From positions 4,224,001 to 4,288,000 of the forward strand of contig OZ220089.1 of the NCBI GenBank assembly GCA_964291625.2: a stretch of 64,000 nucleotides of DNA, read 5' to 3'. Of the stretch, positions 29,730-39,406 are shown one piece after another. Numbering within the stretch: the first letter of the stretch is position 1; each line of letters opens with the position of its first letter. The position numbers and the translations under genes are program-made. The notes under the pieces are model-generated. The model was not told where the DNA came from. It saw only the letters and a list, made by a program, of their open reading frames with translations, and ran no database searches. This DNA comes from Candidatus Latescibacterota bacterium. GTDB lineage: Bacteria > Latescibacterota > UBA2968 > UBA8231.

Positions 29730-30661
29730 GCGAGGAACTCAGCCTGTCCGAGGAATTGCGCCGGGCTCGTGAAGGCCGCGGCGAATCCCTCGATCAGGTT
29801 CAGCAACGTACGGGCATCAGCTGGAAGATCCTGCAGGCCCTCGAGGAAGGGGACCTGGAGGCCGTCGAGGCGGTGTACATGCGCATGGGCGTCCTCCGGT
29901 ACGCCTCCTACCTGGGGCTCGACGGTCAGGCCCTGGCGCAGGGCCTCGGGGGGCCGCGGTCAAGAGAGAGGAGGCCGGCGCGGATCCCGCCTCCCTGGGG
30001 GGGGCCCGTGCTGGGCGACGGCCTGATCAAGTGGGCGGCGGGTCTCGCCGTCGTCGGCGTCGGGGCCGTCCTCTACCTGATGACCACCGGCGAGACGGAC
30101 CCCTCGCCCTCTTCGGTGGCGGTGGTCGAGGAGCTTCCCGCCGCGGCCGATCCTTCCTCTTGGGAAGAGCCCGTTGCCGCGGAGCCCCCGGAACCCGTCG
30201 GCTCCGGCGCCGCGCCGCTGGCGGAGCCGGCGGCCGGTGCCCTTGTCGAGGTCCCTGTCGAAGCTCCCCAAGGCGCCGCCGCCACAGGGGCAGCGATCGC
30301 CGCCGACGCGGCGAGCCCCGACCGGATCGTTCTGGAGGGGGAGGCTTTCGACACGGTCTGGGTACAGGTCTCCTGGGACGACCTGGACAGCGCCATGGAG
30401 ACGATCACCGCGGGCGAGCGGCGGACCTGGACGGCGGAGCGCTTCTTCCGGGTTCACGTCGGCCGGCCCGGGAACATCCGCTTCCGCTTCCAGGGCCGGC
30501 TGCTGGGCGAGGGACGCCTCGGCGACCCCGACCAGACGCTGCGGTTCCGCGTCTCCGACGACGGGTATCAGCTCCTCGGCCCCGATTTCGAGCCCATCGC
30601 CCCGCTCACCGGGTTCCAGCCAGAGGAGAGGACGGAGTCGAGCCAGCCGGAGGCCCGCTGA
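29726..30661 (+). CDS. RodZ-like protein (HTH, TM helix, DUF4115-like domain)
   Basis: N-terminal LRRARE..SLDQV..ALEEG..YASYLGLD, one TM helix, C-terminal beta domain. Confidence 0.75.
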   Translation: MSEELSLSEELRRAREGRGESLDQVQQRTGISWKILQALEEGDLEAVEAVYMRMGVLRYASYLGLDGQALAQGLGGPRSRERRPARIPPPWGGPVLGDGLIKWAAGLAVVGVGAVLYLMTTGETDPSPSSVAVVEELPAAADPSSWEEPVAAEPPEPVGSGAAPLAEPAAGALVEVPVEAPQGAAATGAAIAADAASPDRIVLEGEAFDTVWVQVSWDDLDSAMETITAGERRTWTAERFFRVHVGRPGNIRFRFQGRLLGEGRLGDPDQTLRFRVSDDGYQLLGPDFEPIAPLTGFQPEERTESSQPEAR

Positions 30662-33123
30662 TGGGCCGGCGGCTTGTGCAGGTCGCCCTGCCGCCCCCCC
30701 TGTCGCGGCAGCTCACCTACAGCGTGCCCCCCGAGCTCGGCGCCCTCGTCGGTCCGGGGGCGGTGGTGCTCGTGCCCGTCCAGCAACGCCTGGTCACCGG
30801 CTTCGTCGTCACCGACGAGCCCGCCGAGCCGGAGGTTGCGCCCGGCCGCATCCGCGACATCACCCAGGTGGTCGATACCGAGGCTCCCATCAGCGCCGAG
30901 GTGGTGCGGCTGTGCGCCTGGCTTGCGGACTACTACATGGCGCCGGTGGGCGCGGCCCTGGCGGCGGCCCTGCCCCCCGGCGTGCGCCTGACCTCCAGCC
31001 GCACCGTGCGGCTGACGGAGGCGGACGGCGCCCCCCCTCCCCCGGACCCGGCCCAGGACCGGGTGCTCTCCGAGCTCAGGCGCGCCCGGGGACCGCTGAA
31101 GGTGACCACCCTGCGCAGCCGTTTGGGCAAGCGCGGGCTGGAGGGCGCCCTTCGGCGGCTGCTTCAGCACGGACGGATCGAGATGCGGCCGGACCTGGCG
31201 GGAGGAGCGGCTCGGGCGCGGCGGCGCCAGCTCGTGCGCGTGGCCGACCCGGACCGGGCCCGTGACGACCTGCCGGCGGTGACCCGGCGCGCCCCGGCCC
31301 AGGGGCGCTGCCTCCAGCACCTGCTGCAGGCCGGTCCCGTGCCCAAGCGCCGCCTCCTGGAGGAGGGATTCGGCTACGCCGTCCTGAAGGGGCTGCAGGG
31401 GAGGGGGCTGACCGAGACCGTGGAGCAGGAAGTCCTGCGCGATCCCCTGGCCGCTCTCGACGTGGCGGATTCGCCCGCGCCGGAACCCACGGCCGACCAG
31501 CAGGAGGTCCTCGGGCGCATCCACTCCGCCCTCGATGGGGGCCGCTTCGAGCCACTTCTCCTGCGCGGGGTCACCGGCAGCGGCAAGACCCTGGTCTACC
31601 AACTGGCCGTGGAGCGGGTCCTGCGGTCGGGCCGCAGCGCCATCGTCCTCACCCCCGAGATCGCCCTGGCCTGGCAGATGGTGCGCCGCTTCCGGGCCCA
31701 CTTCGGAGCGACCGTGGCGGTCCTCCACAGCCAGTTGTCGGCGGGGGAGCGCTACGACACCTGGCGCCGGCTCCGGCGCGGCGAGCAGAGGCTCGTCATC
31801 GGCGCCCGATCCGCCGTGCTGGCCCCGGTGAAGGGGCTGGGGCTGATCGTCGTCGACGAGGAGCACGACGGCTCCTACTTCCAGGACGACCTGGAGAGTC
31901 AACAGCCGCTGGTCTACCATGGCCGCGACCTGGCGGTGATGAGGGCGCGCCTGGCCGGCGTGCCGGTCATCCTCGGGTCGGCGACGCCGAGCCTCGAGTC
32001 GTGGTGCAACGCGCGGAGCGGCAAGTACACCTCCCTGAGCCTGCCGCGGCGGATCGACGACCGGCCCCTGGCGCGGGTCGAGGTGGTCGACATGAGGCGG
32101 GAGCCCTTCCAGGGACGGCAGCGCACCCTGTTCTCCAAGGCCCTGCGCCTCAAGATCCGCGAGCGCCTCGAGCGCGGCGAGCAGATCGTGCTCCTCCAGA
32201 ACCGGCGCGGGTTCTCACCCGTCGTGCAGTGCGCCAGCTGCGGCGAGGCCGTCGCCTGCGGCCGGTGCCAGGTCTCCCTCACCTACCACCGCCGCCAGGG
32301 CGAGGGCCTGCGCTGCCACTACTGCGACTACCGCACTCCCGTACCCGGCCAGTGCCCGTCCTGCGGCAGCGCCGAGGTCAGACTGACCGGCGCGGGGACC
32401 CAGAAGGTGGAGACCGCCCTCGAGGAACAGTTCCCCGGGATCCGCGTCATTCGTATGGACGTGGACACCACGGGATGGAAGGGCGCCCACGACGGCCTGG
32501 TCGAGAGATTCCGCCGGCGGGAGGCCGACGTGCTCCTCGGTACGCAGATGGTGGCCAAGGGCCTCGACTTCCCGGAGGTGACCCTCGTCGGCGTGATCTC
32601 CGCCGACACCGGCTTCCACCTCCCGGACTTCCGTGCCGCCGAGCGCAGTTTCCAGTTGCTCACGCAGGTGGCGGGACGCTCCGGGCGAGGCTCGAACCGA
32701 GGCGAGGTGGTCATCCAGACCCGTCTTCCCGAGGACCCCGTGCTGCTCGCCGCGGCGCGCCAGGACTACGACGCCTTCGCCGAGGGCGAGCTCGTCGAGC
32801 GCCAGGCGGCGGGGTTCCCGCCCTTCGGGCGCCTCATCGTCTTCCGCTGGCGGGGCGAATCGGAGGAGGCGGTGAGCCGGGCGGCGGAGCGGGGGACGCG
32901 GTTGCTGCAGCAAGCCGGTCCGGCGGGGGTCTCCGTCCTCGGGCCGGCGCCGGCCCCGCTGGCGCGCCTGCGGGGGCGCTACCGCTGGCAGGTCCTGCTC
33001 GCCGGCGCCGGCGGGCGTCAACTGCGGCTCACGGCGGGGTCGGCCCTCGGCCCCATGCGCCGGGAGGCCAGCCGCTGCGACGTCGACCTGGGCGTCGTCG
33101 TCGACCCCCAGTCCACAATGTGA
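30661..33123 (+). CDS. priA: primosomal protein N' (replication restart helicase)
   Basis: GVTGSGKT, DEEH, four CxxC pairs, GTQMVAKGLDF, QVAGRSGR. Confidence 0.96.
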   Translation: MGRRLVQVALPPPLSRQLTYSVPPELGALVGPGAVVLVPVQQRLVTGFVVTDEPAEPEVAPGRIRDITQVVDTEAPISAEVVRLCAWLADYYMAPVGAALAAALPPGVRLTSSRTVRLTEADGAPPPPDPAQDRVLSELRRARGPLKVTTLRSRLGKRGLEGALRRLLQHGRIEMRPDLAGGAARARRRQLVRVADPDRARDDLPAVTRRAPAQGRCLQHLLQAGPVPKRRLLEEGFGYAVLKGLQGRGLTETVEQEVLRDPLAALDVADSPAPEPTADQQEVLGRIHSALDGGRFEPLLLRGVTGSGKTLVYQLAVERVLRSGRSAIVLTPEIALAWQMVRRFRAHFGATVAVLHSQLSAGERYDTWRRLRRGEQRLVIGARSAVLAPVKGLGLIVVDEEHDGSYFQDDLESQQPLVYHGRDLAVMRARLAGVPVILGSATPSLESWCNARSGKYTSLSLPRRIDDRPLARVEVVDMRREPFQGRQRTLFSKALRLKIRERLERGEQIVLLQNRRGFSPVVQCASCGEAVACGRCQVSLTYHRRQGEGLRCHYCDYRTPVPGQCPSCGSAEVRLTGAGTQKVETALEEQFPGIRVIRMDVDTTGWKGAHDGLVERFRRREADVLLGTQMVAKGLDFPEVTLVGVISADTGFHLPDFRAAERSFQLLTQVAGRSGRGSNRGEVVIQTRLPEDPVLLAAARQDYDAFAEGELVERQAAGFPPFGRLIVFRWRGESEEAVSRAAERGTRLLQQAGPAGVSVLGPAPAPLARLRGRYRWQVLLAGAGGRQLRLTAGSALGPMRREASRCDVDLGVVVDPQSTM

Positions 33124-33131
33124 GCCGTCCG

Positions 33132-35345
33132 ATGATCATCCTTCTCCTCCTCGCCCTGCTTCTCAGCTCCCCGGCACGGGCCCGGACATGCGGCGAGGAC
33201 TGGTCGGCCTATACCAGCATGAAGCACATCGAGAAGGTCCTCCTCGACAGCTCCAGCCTCTGGGCGGCGACGAGGGGCGGGGTCCTGCGCTACGACCGTC
33301 TCCGTGGCGAGTACGATCGTCTCACCCGCATCGACGGACTGGCGGGCAACCGCGTCCTGTCCCTGGCCGCCGACGACGAGGGCAACCTCTGGTTCGGCAG
33401 CGATGGCCACGGACTGAGCCGCTACCGCCCGGCCACTTCGGACTTCGACCCGGTCTACCAGGAGTTCCGGGGCTTGGCCATCACCTCGCTCCTCAGCGAG
33501 GGCACGAAGCTCTTCGTCGGCACGAACATCGGCGTCAGCCTCTTCCTGACCGACCGGGAGGAGGTCAAGGAGACGTATCGTCTTCTCGGCCACCTGCCGA
33601 AGGACACGGCCGCCCTGTACATGGCCGTCCTCGACGGCACGCTCTTCGTCGGTACCGAGGTGGGGATCGCCTGGGCCCGGATCGACCACCCGAACCTGCA
33701 GGATCCGGAGAGCTGGCGTTCTGCCGCCCAGGTGGGGGACGTGAGGGGCATCGTCGTCAGTGGCGGGGCCCTCTACGTGGCCAGCCGGCTGGGTGTCCTG
33801 GTCTATGACCCCGAGGAGAACCGCTTCCGCGGGGATTACGGGGAAGCCGTCCGCAGCCTTGGGGCGCGCGGCGGACAGGTTGTGGCTGCCACCGAGGACG
33901 GACGATTGCTGGCGCGGGTGGAGGCGGAGAGGTGGGAGGGACTGGGGACGGGCTCGATCAAGGACATCACCGCCATCAGCGACACCGGCGAGGAGATCCT
34001 CTGGGTCGGCAACACGACGGGGCTGCGCGTCATCGGCGATCGGTCGGTCCACCAGTCCAGTGAGCCGGGATCGAGCCAGTTCTACGAGATCAAGGTCACC
34101 GGAACGGGGGAGCTGTGGGCCACGAGCGTCCCGAATGACCAGCATCGAGCGGTATCGGCCGGCATCTATCGCCTCTCCGAAGGCAACTGGTCGGTCTTCC
34201 ACCGCTGGAACGGCATGCCCAACGACGAGATCGTCGCCGTCGAGACCGACGCCAGGGGACGCGTGTGGGTCGGAAGTTGGGGTGGTGGCGGGCTCATCCG
34301 CGAGGAGGATCGCCAGTGGGAGACGATCTCCACCGAGGAAACGGTGCTGCGGGGCATTCCGAGGAACCCGGAATTCGTGGTCATCAGCGACATCAAGCGG
34401 GACAAGGCGGGCCACATGTGGTTGATCAACACCCTGGTCGGCGTCGCCGTCTTCGACGGCTACCCCCCGGAGCGGGAGTATCTCTTCGATCAGAAGGAGC
34501 TCGGCCTGGCCGCCGACCTCGATCTCTACCGCATGGATGTCGGACCGGAGGGCTTGAAGTGGATCGTCAGCAGGAGGTCCGGCCTCTTTGTCCTCGACGA
34601 CGGGGGCACGCCATTCACCGGCGGCGACGATCGCCTGACGGGGCTCTCCCCGGACCAGATGAGCCGCCTGACCAGCGACCGCCTCTTCGACGTCTTCGTC
34701 AGCCGCGATGGAAGGATCTGGCTTGCGGCAGAGAACGGCGCCAACGTCATCACCCCCGAGTACGACCGCTCCAACGGAGAACTGGCGATCACCTCCTGGC
34801 AGGCCTACGACACGTCCGACGGGTTGCCCTCGGCCGAGATCAACGCTTTCGAGGAGGACGAAGTCGGCAACATCTGGGTCGGCACCGAGGCCGGGCTTGC
34901 ACGGATCGACGCCGGCGGCCGGGTCGACCTCGTCCTCGATAGCGGCAACAGTTGCCTGATCAGCGACCGTGTGAAGGGGCTGCACTACGACAGCGACCGC
35001 GGAGATCTGTGGATCGGCACCCTCGAAGGTCTCAGCCGTCTGCGCCTGAGAACAGGGGACGACCCGACGGAGTTGGCGAGCGTCTATCCGAACCCCTACC
35101 TGACGACCGGGCGCGAGGAGGTATCGATCACCGGGCTCCCCCTCGGGGCCACCCTGCGCATCTACTCGGCCTCCGGAGATCTCGTCGCCACCCGGCGGGG
35201 GGAGGCCGGGCGCGGCACCATCACCTGGGACGGCCTGAACGAGGCCGGGTACCTGGTGGCCGCGGGCGTCTACTACTACGTCGCCGAGAGCGAGTCGGGC
35301 GAGGCGGTCTCCGGCCGCTTCGCCCTGGTGAAGGGGCGCCCTTGA
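33132..35345 (+). CDS. secreted beta-propeller protein (PorZ/Reg_prop-like) with C-terminal FlgD/T9SS-CTD-like Ig domain
   Basis: Signal peptide, repeated GNLWFGS/GNIWVGT blades, VYPNPY...WDGLNEAG..VAAGVY. Confidence 0.7.
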   Translation: MIILLLLALLLSSPARARTCGEDWSAYTSMKHIEKVLLDSSSLWAATRGGVLRYDRLRGEYDRLTRIDGLAGNRVLSLAADDEGNLWFGSDGHGLSRYRPATSDFDPVYQEFRGLAITSLLSEGTKLFVGTNIGVSLFLTDREEVKETYRLLGHLPKDTAALYMAVLDGTLFVGTEVGIAWARIDHPNLQDPESWRSAAQVGDVRGIVVSGGALYVASRLGVLVYDPEENRFRGDYGEAVRSLGARGGQVVAATEDGRLLARVEAERWEGLGTGSIKDITAISDTGEEILWVGNTTGLRVIGDRSVHQSSEPGSSQFYEIKVTGTGELWATSVPNDQHRAVSAGIYRLSEGNWSVFHRWNGMPNDEIVAVETDARGRVWVGSWGGGGLIREEDRQWETISTEETVLRGIPRNPEFVVISDIKRDKAGHMWLINTLVGVAVFDGYPPEREYLFDQKELGLAADLDLYRMDVGPEGLKWIVSRRSGLFVLDDGGTPFTGGDDRLTGLSPDQMSRLTSDRLFDVFVSRDGRIWLAAENGANVITPEYDRSNGELAITSWQAYDTSDGLPSAEINAFEEDEVGNIWVGTEAGLARIDAGGRVDLVLDSGNSCLISDRVKGLHYDSDRGDLWIGTLEGLSRLRLRTGDDPTELASVYPNPYLTTGREEVSITGLPLGATLRIYSASGDLVATRRGEAGRGTITWDGLNEAGYLVAAGVYYYVAESESGEAVSGRFALVKGRP

Positions 35346-36028
35346 GCGCGGGCCCGGCGGCCACCGCTCTTCGGGGTGCGGTGCTGGCGGCGGCGGTCCT
35401 GGTCCCGGCGGCCCCGGGCCAGGCCGGGGAGACCGACCTCTTCACCATCGCCCGGCTCCAGTACGACGGCGGCGGCGACTGGTACAGCGACCCGTCGTCC
35501 CTGCCCAACCTGCTGGCCTTCCTCGCGCGCCACACGAGACTGCCTGCGGCCTCCTCCGAGGCGCGCGTACGTCTCCTCGACCGCGAGCTCTTCGCCCATC
35601 CCTATCTCTACATGACCGGACACGGCAACGTCTCCTGGACGGCCGAGGAAGCCGCCCGCCTGCGGCGTTACCTCGAGGCGGGCGGCTTCCTCCACGCCGA
35701 CGACAACTACGGCATGGACGAGTCCTTCCGCCGGGAGATGCGCAAGGTCTTCCCCACGAGGGAGTTCGTCGAGCTGCCCGCCGGCCACGACCTGTTCCGC
35801 TGTCACTTCGATTTGTCCGGCGGCCTGCCCAAGGTCCACGAGCACGACGGCCGGCGGCCCCAGGCCCTCGGTCTCTTCGGCGGGGAGCGCCTCCTGGTCC
35901 TCTACACCTACGAGTCCGACCTCGGCGACGGCTGGGAAGACGCTCACGTCCACGGGGATTCCGAGGAGGTGAGACAGCAGGCTCTGCGCATGGGAGCCAA
36001 CATCGTCCTCTACGCTCTCACCCGCTAG
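35342..36028 (+). CDS. DUF4159 domain protein
   Basis: GGGDWY, YMTGHG, GGFLHADDNYG, DLGDGWED. Confidence 0.85.
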   Translation: MSAGPAATALRGAVLAAAVLVPAAPGQAGETDLFTIARLQYDGGGDWYSDPSSLPNLLAFLARHTRLPAASSEARVRLLDRELFAHPYLYMTGHGNVSWTAEEAARLRRYLEAGGFLHADDNYGMDESFRREMRKVFPTREFVELPAGHDLFRCHFDLSGGLPKVHEHDGRRPQALGLFGGERLLVLYTYESDLGDGWEDAHVHGDSEEVRQQALRMGANIVLYALTR

Positions 36029-36034
36029 CCTGTC

Positions 36035-39000
36035 GTGACCGAAGCCCCGTCACGCGCCCTGCTGCTCGAGCGGCTCCGCCGGCTCCGCCGCCGGCGGCTG
36101 CTCCTCGAGGCCGCCGCGGCTCTGGCGGCGGGCCTGTTCACCGCCGTCGCCGCCGGCGTCCTCGCCGTCGGCCTGGAGGCCCTCCTCTACCTGTCCTCCC
36201 CCTGGAGATGGGGCCTGATCCTGGTCGCCGCCGCGGCCGCCGCGGCCGCCGCGGCGCGCATCCTGTGGCCATGGCGCGGGGGCCTCTCGCTGAGAGCCGC
36301 GGCCCTGACCATCGAGGACCGCGCCCCGGAGCTGTCGCAGCGGCTGATGACGGCCCTGGAGGCGGGCGGTGGCCCGAGAGCGCGGCTCTACTCCTCCGAC
36401 CTGCTCGCCGCGTCGGCCTCGGAGGCGGCCGCCGTCCTCGATCGCCATGGAGCGGCCCGGCTGGTGCCGGCGTCGAGGCTGCGCCGCACCGCCCTGAGGG
36501 GCGCCGCCATCGCCGGTCCGCTCCTCCTCCTCCTCGGTCTCTCGGGAACCGCCGGCGGCGAGGCCCTGCACCGCTGCCTGAACCCGGGGACGGCCTTCGA
36601 GCGCCCGCAGCGCACCCGGCTCCATGTCGAGCCCGGCCACCAGCGGGCGATCCGGGGAGAGGACGTGGCCCTCTCCATCCGGATCGAGGGCGACCTGCCG
36701 CCGGCGCTGCGGGTCCGCCGCCGCGATGTGCGCGACGGCGACTGGGTGGAGGAGGAGGTGATCCTGGAAGCCGGCGCCGACTCCCTGCGCCATCTCTTCG
36801 AGGAGGTGCGCTCCACCTTCGACTTCGAGGTCGCCGCCGGCGACGGCGAGGCCGGCCCCTACCGCGTCACCGTCATCGATCCGCCCGAGGTCACCCGCTT
36901 GAGTCTGCGCTACGACTATCCGGAATACAGCGGGCTCCCGGCGCGGGTCGAGGACCAGGGCGGCGACGTGCGCGCCCTCGCCGGGACCGTCGTCGAGTGG
37001 GGGATCCACGCCAGCAAGCCCCTCTCCGCCGCGGCCCTGGTGATCGACGACACCCTGCGCCTGCCGGCCCGGGTGGTCGACGACGGCGCCGTCGTGAGCT
37101 GGACCCTGCCGGCCCCGGAGGACAGCGCCAGGGCCCGCCGCCAGTACTTCGTGGCCCTCACCGACCGCGGCGGGGTCGGCAACCGGGCTCCCATCCGCCA
37201 TGCCCTCCGGGTGCTGCGAGACCAGCCGCCGGAGGTCGTCATCTCCGAGCCCGGTCCCGAGGCCGACCTGCCCGAGAGCCAGCAGGTGCGGGTGCGGGTC
37301 GAGGCCGCCGACGACTTCGGGGTGAGCCGCGTCGACCTCGTCTTCCGCGTCGGCCAGGGTCCCGAGAGGCGCCTGCCCATCCCCGTGGAGGCCGGTCCCC
37401 GGGTGGTGCTCTCCCACCCGTGGGACCTGGCGCCCCTGGAGCTGCTGCCGGAGGACCGGGTGCGCTACCGCGCCGAGGCCTTCGACAACGACGCCGTGGG
37501 CGGGCCCAAGCGGGCGGTGAGCCCCGAGCACGTGCTGCGCTTCCCCTCCCTCTGGGAGTTGTTCGACGAGGTCTCGAGGCAGCAGGAGGAGCGCCTGGAG
37601 TCGCTGGAGGAGGTGGCGGCCGAGGAGGCGGGGGCCCGGGAGTACGTGGAGCGGCTGCGGCGGGAGGTGCTGCGCACCGAGGAGCTCACCTGGGACCAGA
37701 AGCAGGAGCTGGAGAGCGCCCTGGCCGCCGAGGAGGAGCGCGCCCGCGCCGTGGAGGAGGTCGCCCGGCAGATGGCCGGCAGCCTGGAGAAGCTGGAGCA
37801 GGGCGGCGCCGACTCGCGGGACCTGCTCGACAAGCTCGACGAGATCCGCGAGCTGATGGCCGCCGTCGCCTCGCCGGAGCTGCTGGAGGCCCTGCGGGCC
37901 GTGCAGCAGGCGGCCGAGCAGCCCGACGCCGAAGAGCTCGCCGAGGCTCTGAAGCAGTTCGCCCAGGACCAGGAAGCGTTCCAGCAGCGCCTCGACCGGA
38001 CCCTGGACCTGCTCCGGCAGGTGCACGCCGAGCAGCGCCTGCTGGCCGTCGTCGAGCAGGCGGAAGACCTGGAGGAACGCCAGGGGAGGATCAACGAGGC
38101 CCTCGAGCAGAGCTCCGCGGAGGCCGCCCTCGGGGACCAGGCCCTGCAGGACCAGGAGGGGAGGCTGGCCGGCGACACCGACCGCCTGCGCCGGGAGATC
38201 GGCCGGTTGGGGGAGGAACTGAGGGACCTGAGCGCGGCGACCGCGGAGTCCCTGAGCTCCGAGGCCGAAGACATGGAGCACCAGGCCCTGTCGGAGCGCA
38301 TGCGCCGCATGGAGCGACTCCTGGCCTCGGGCCAGCGGCCCCAGGCGGGGAGGATCGGCGCCGGCCTGCAGCAGGATCTGGAGGAGCTGTCCGCGTCCAT
38401 GGGCCAGCTCCGCGAGGAGTTCTTCGGCGGCCAGCGGCAGGAGCTGGCCCGCCTCCTGCGCCGGGCCATGGCCGACCTGGTGGACCTCTCCCGCCGCCAG
38501 GAGGAGCTGGCGCGGGACACCTCGCGCCAGCCGGGGGGTTCCGACGCCGCCCTGGCCGCCGGGCAGCAGGCCCTGGCCCAGGGCGCCGAGCTGGTCACCG
38601 AGGACGTCGCCCGCGCCGGCTCGAGGACGCTGGCCCTGGAGCCTTCCCTGGCCGCTACCCTCGGCGGCGCCCTGCGCCGCATGGAGGAGGCCGCCGGGCG
38701 GCTGGGGCAGCTGGAGAGGGGGCGGGCCGGTCAGCTCCAGACCGAGGCCATGGGTTACCTGAACCAGGCCGCGCAGCAGCTGCGGCGGAGCCTGGACAAC
38801 CTGAGCCAGGCGCGCACGCCCTCCTCCTTCGGCGAGGCCATGGAGCAGCTGATGGCCCTCTCCGAGCAGCAGGCCGCCCTCAACGAGGAGACCCGCCAGG
38901 CGATGCAGCAGGGATCCCGGAACCCTCGCGGGACCGGGGGCCGGATGCCGGCCATGCCGAGACTCGCCGCCGAGCAGCGGCGCCTCCAGCGGGCCCTGGC

Positions 39001-39406
39001 CGAGGTGGAGCGGTCCCTGCGCGGCCAGCGCTCGCTGCAGGAGCGCATCGGCGCCATCCAGCAGGAGATGAAGGAGGTCCTGGCGCGCATGGAGCGGCCC
39101 CGCGCCGACGCCCGCGTCACCGAGGGGCAGGAGCGGGTCCTGCAGCGCCTGCTCGACGCCAGCCGTTCCATCCACTCCCGCGGCTTCGAGAAGCGCCGCC
39201 GCGCGGAACAGGCCGAACAGCGTTCCTTCGCCGGTCCGGGATGGCTGCCGGTCGATCTCGGCCAGCGTCCGGAGGCCTGGCGCGAGGCCATGCGCCGCGC
39301 CCTGGCCGGCGACTATCCCGCCGAGTACCGCGAGCTCATCCGCCGGTACTACGAGAGCGTCTACCAGGACCTGCACCAGGAGGACGGGCCGGAGGCCCTG
39401 CCGTGA
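36035..39406 (+). CDS. DUF4175-like membrane-anchored Ig/coiled-coil protein
   Basis: N-terminal TM helices, DDFGV, EAFDND, long Q/E coiled coil, YPAEYRELIRRYY end. Confidence 0.75.
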   Translation: MTEAPSRALLLERLRRLRRRRLLLEAAAALAAGLFTAVAAGVLAVGLEALLYLSSPWRWGLILVAAAAAAAAAARILWPWRGGLSLRAAALTIEDRAPELSQRLMTALEAGGGPRARLYSSDLLAASASEAAAVLDRHGAARLVPASRLRRTALRGAAIAGPLLLLLGLSGTAGGEALHRCLNPGTAFERPQRTRLHVEPGHQRAIRGEDVALSIRIEGDLPPALRVRRRDVRDGDWVEEEVILEAGADSLRHLFEEVRSTFDFEVAAGDGEAGPYRVTVIDPPEVTRLSLRYDYPEYSGLPARVEDQGGDVRALAGTVVEWGIHASKPLSAAALVIDDTLRLPARVVDDGAVVSWTLPAPEDSARARRQYFVALTDRGGVGNRAPIRHALRVLRDQPPEVVISEPGPEADLPESQQVRVRVEAADDFGVSRVDLVFRVGQGPERRLPIPVEAGPRVVLSHPWDLAPLELLPEDRVRYRAEAFDNDAVGGPKRAVSPEHVLRFPSLWELFDEVSRQQEERLESLEEVAAEEAGAREYVERLRREVLRTEELTWDQKQELESALAAEEERARAVEEVARQMAGSLEKLEQGGADSRDLLDKLDEIRELMAAVASPELLEALRAVQQAAEQPDAEELAEALKQFAQDQEAFQQRLDRTLDLLRQVHAEQRLLAVVEQAEDLEERQGRINEALEQSSAEAALGDQALQDQEGRLAGDTDRLRREIGRLGEELRDLSAATAESLSSEAEDMEHQALSERMRRMERLLASGQRPQAGRIGAGLQQDLEELSASMGQLREEFFGGQRQELARLLRRAMADLVDLSRRQEELARDTSRQPGGSDAALAAGQQALAQGAELVTEDVARAGSRTLALEPSLAATLGGALRRMEEAAGRLGQLERGRAGQLQTEAMGYLNQAAQQLRRSLDNLSQARTPSSFGEAMEQLMALSEQQAALNEETRQAMQQGSRNPRGTGGRMPAMPRLAAEQRRLQRALAEVERSLRGQRSLQERIGAIQQEMKEVLARMERPRADARVTEGQERVLQRLLDASRSIHSRGFEKRRRAEQAEQRSFAGPGWLPVDLGQRPEAWREAMRRALAGDYPAEYRELIRRYYESVYQDLHQEDGPEALP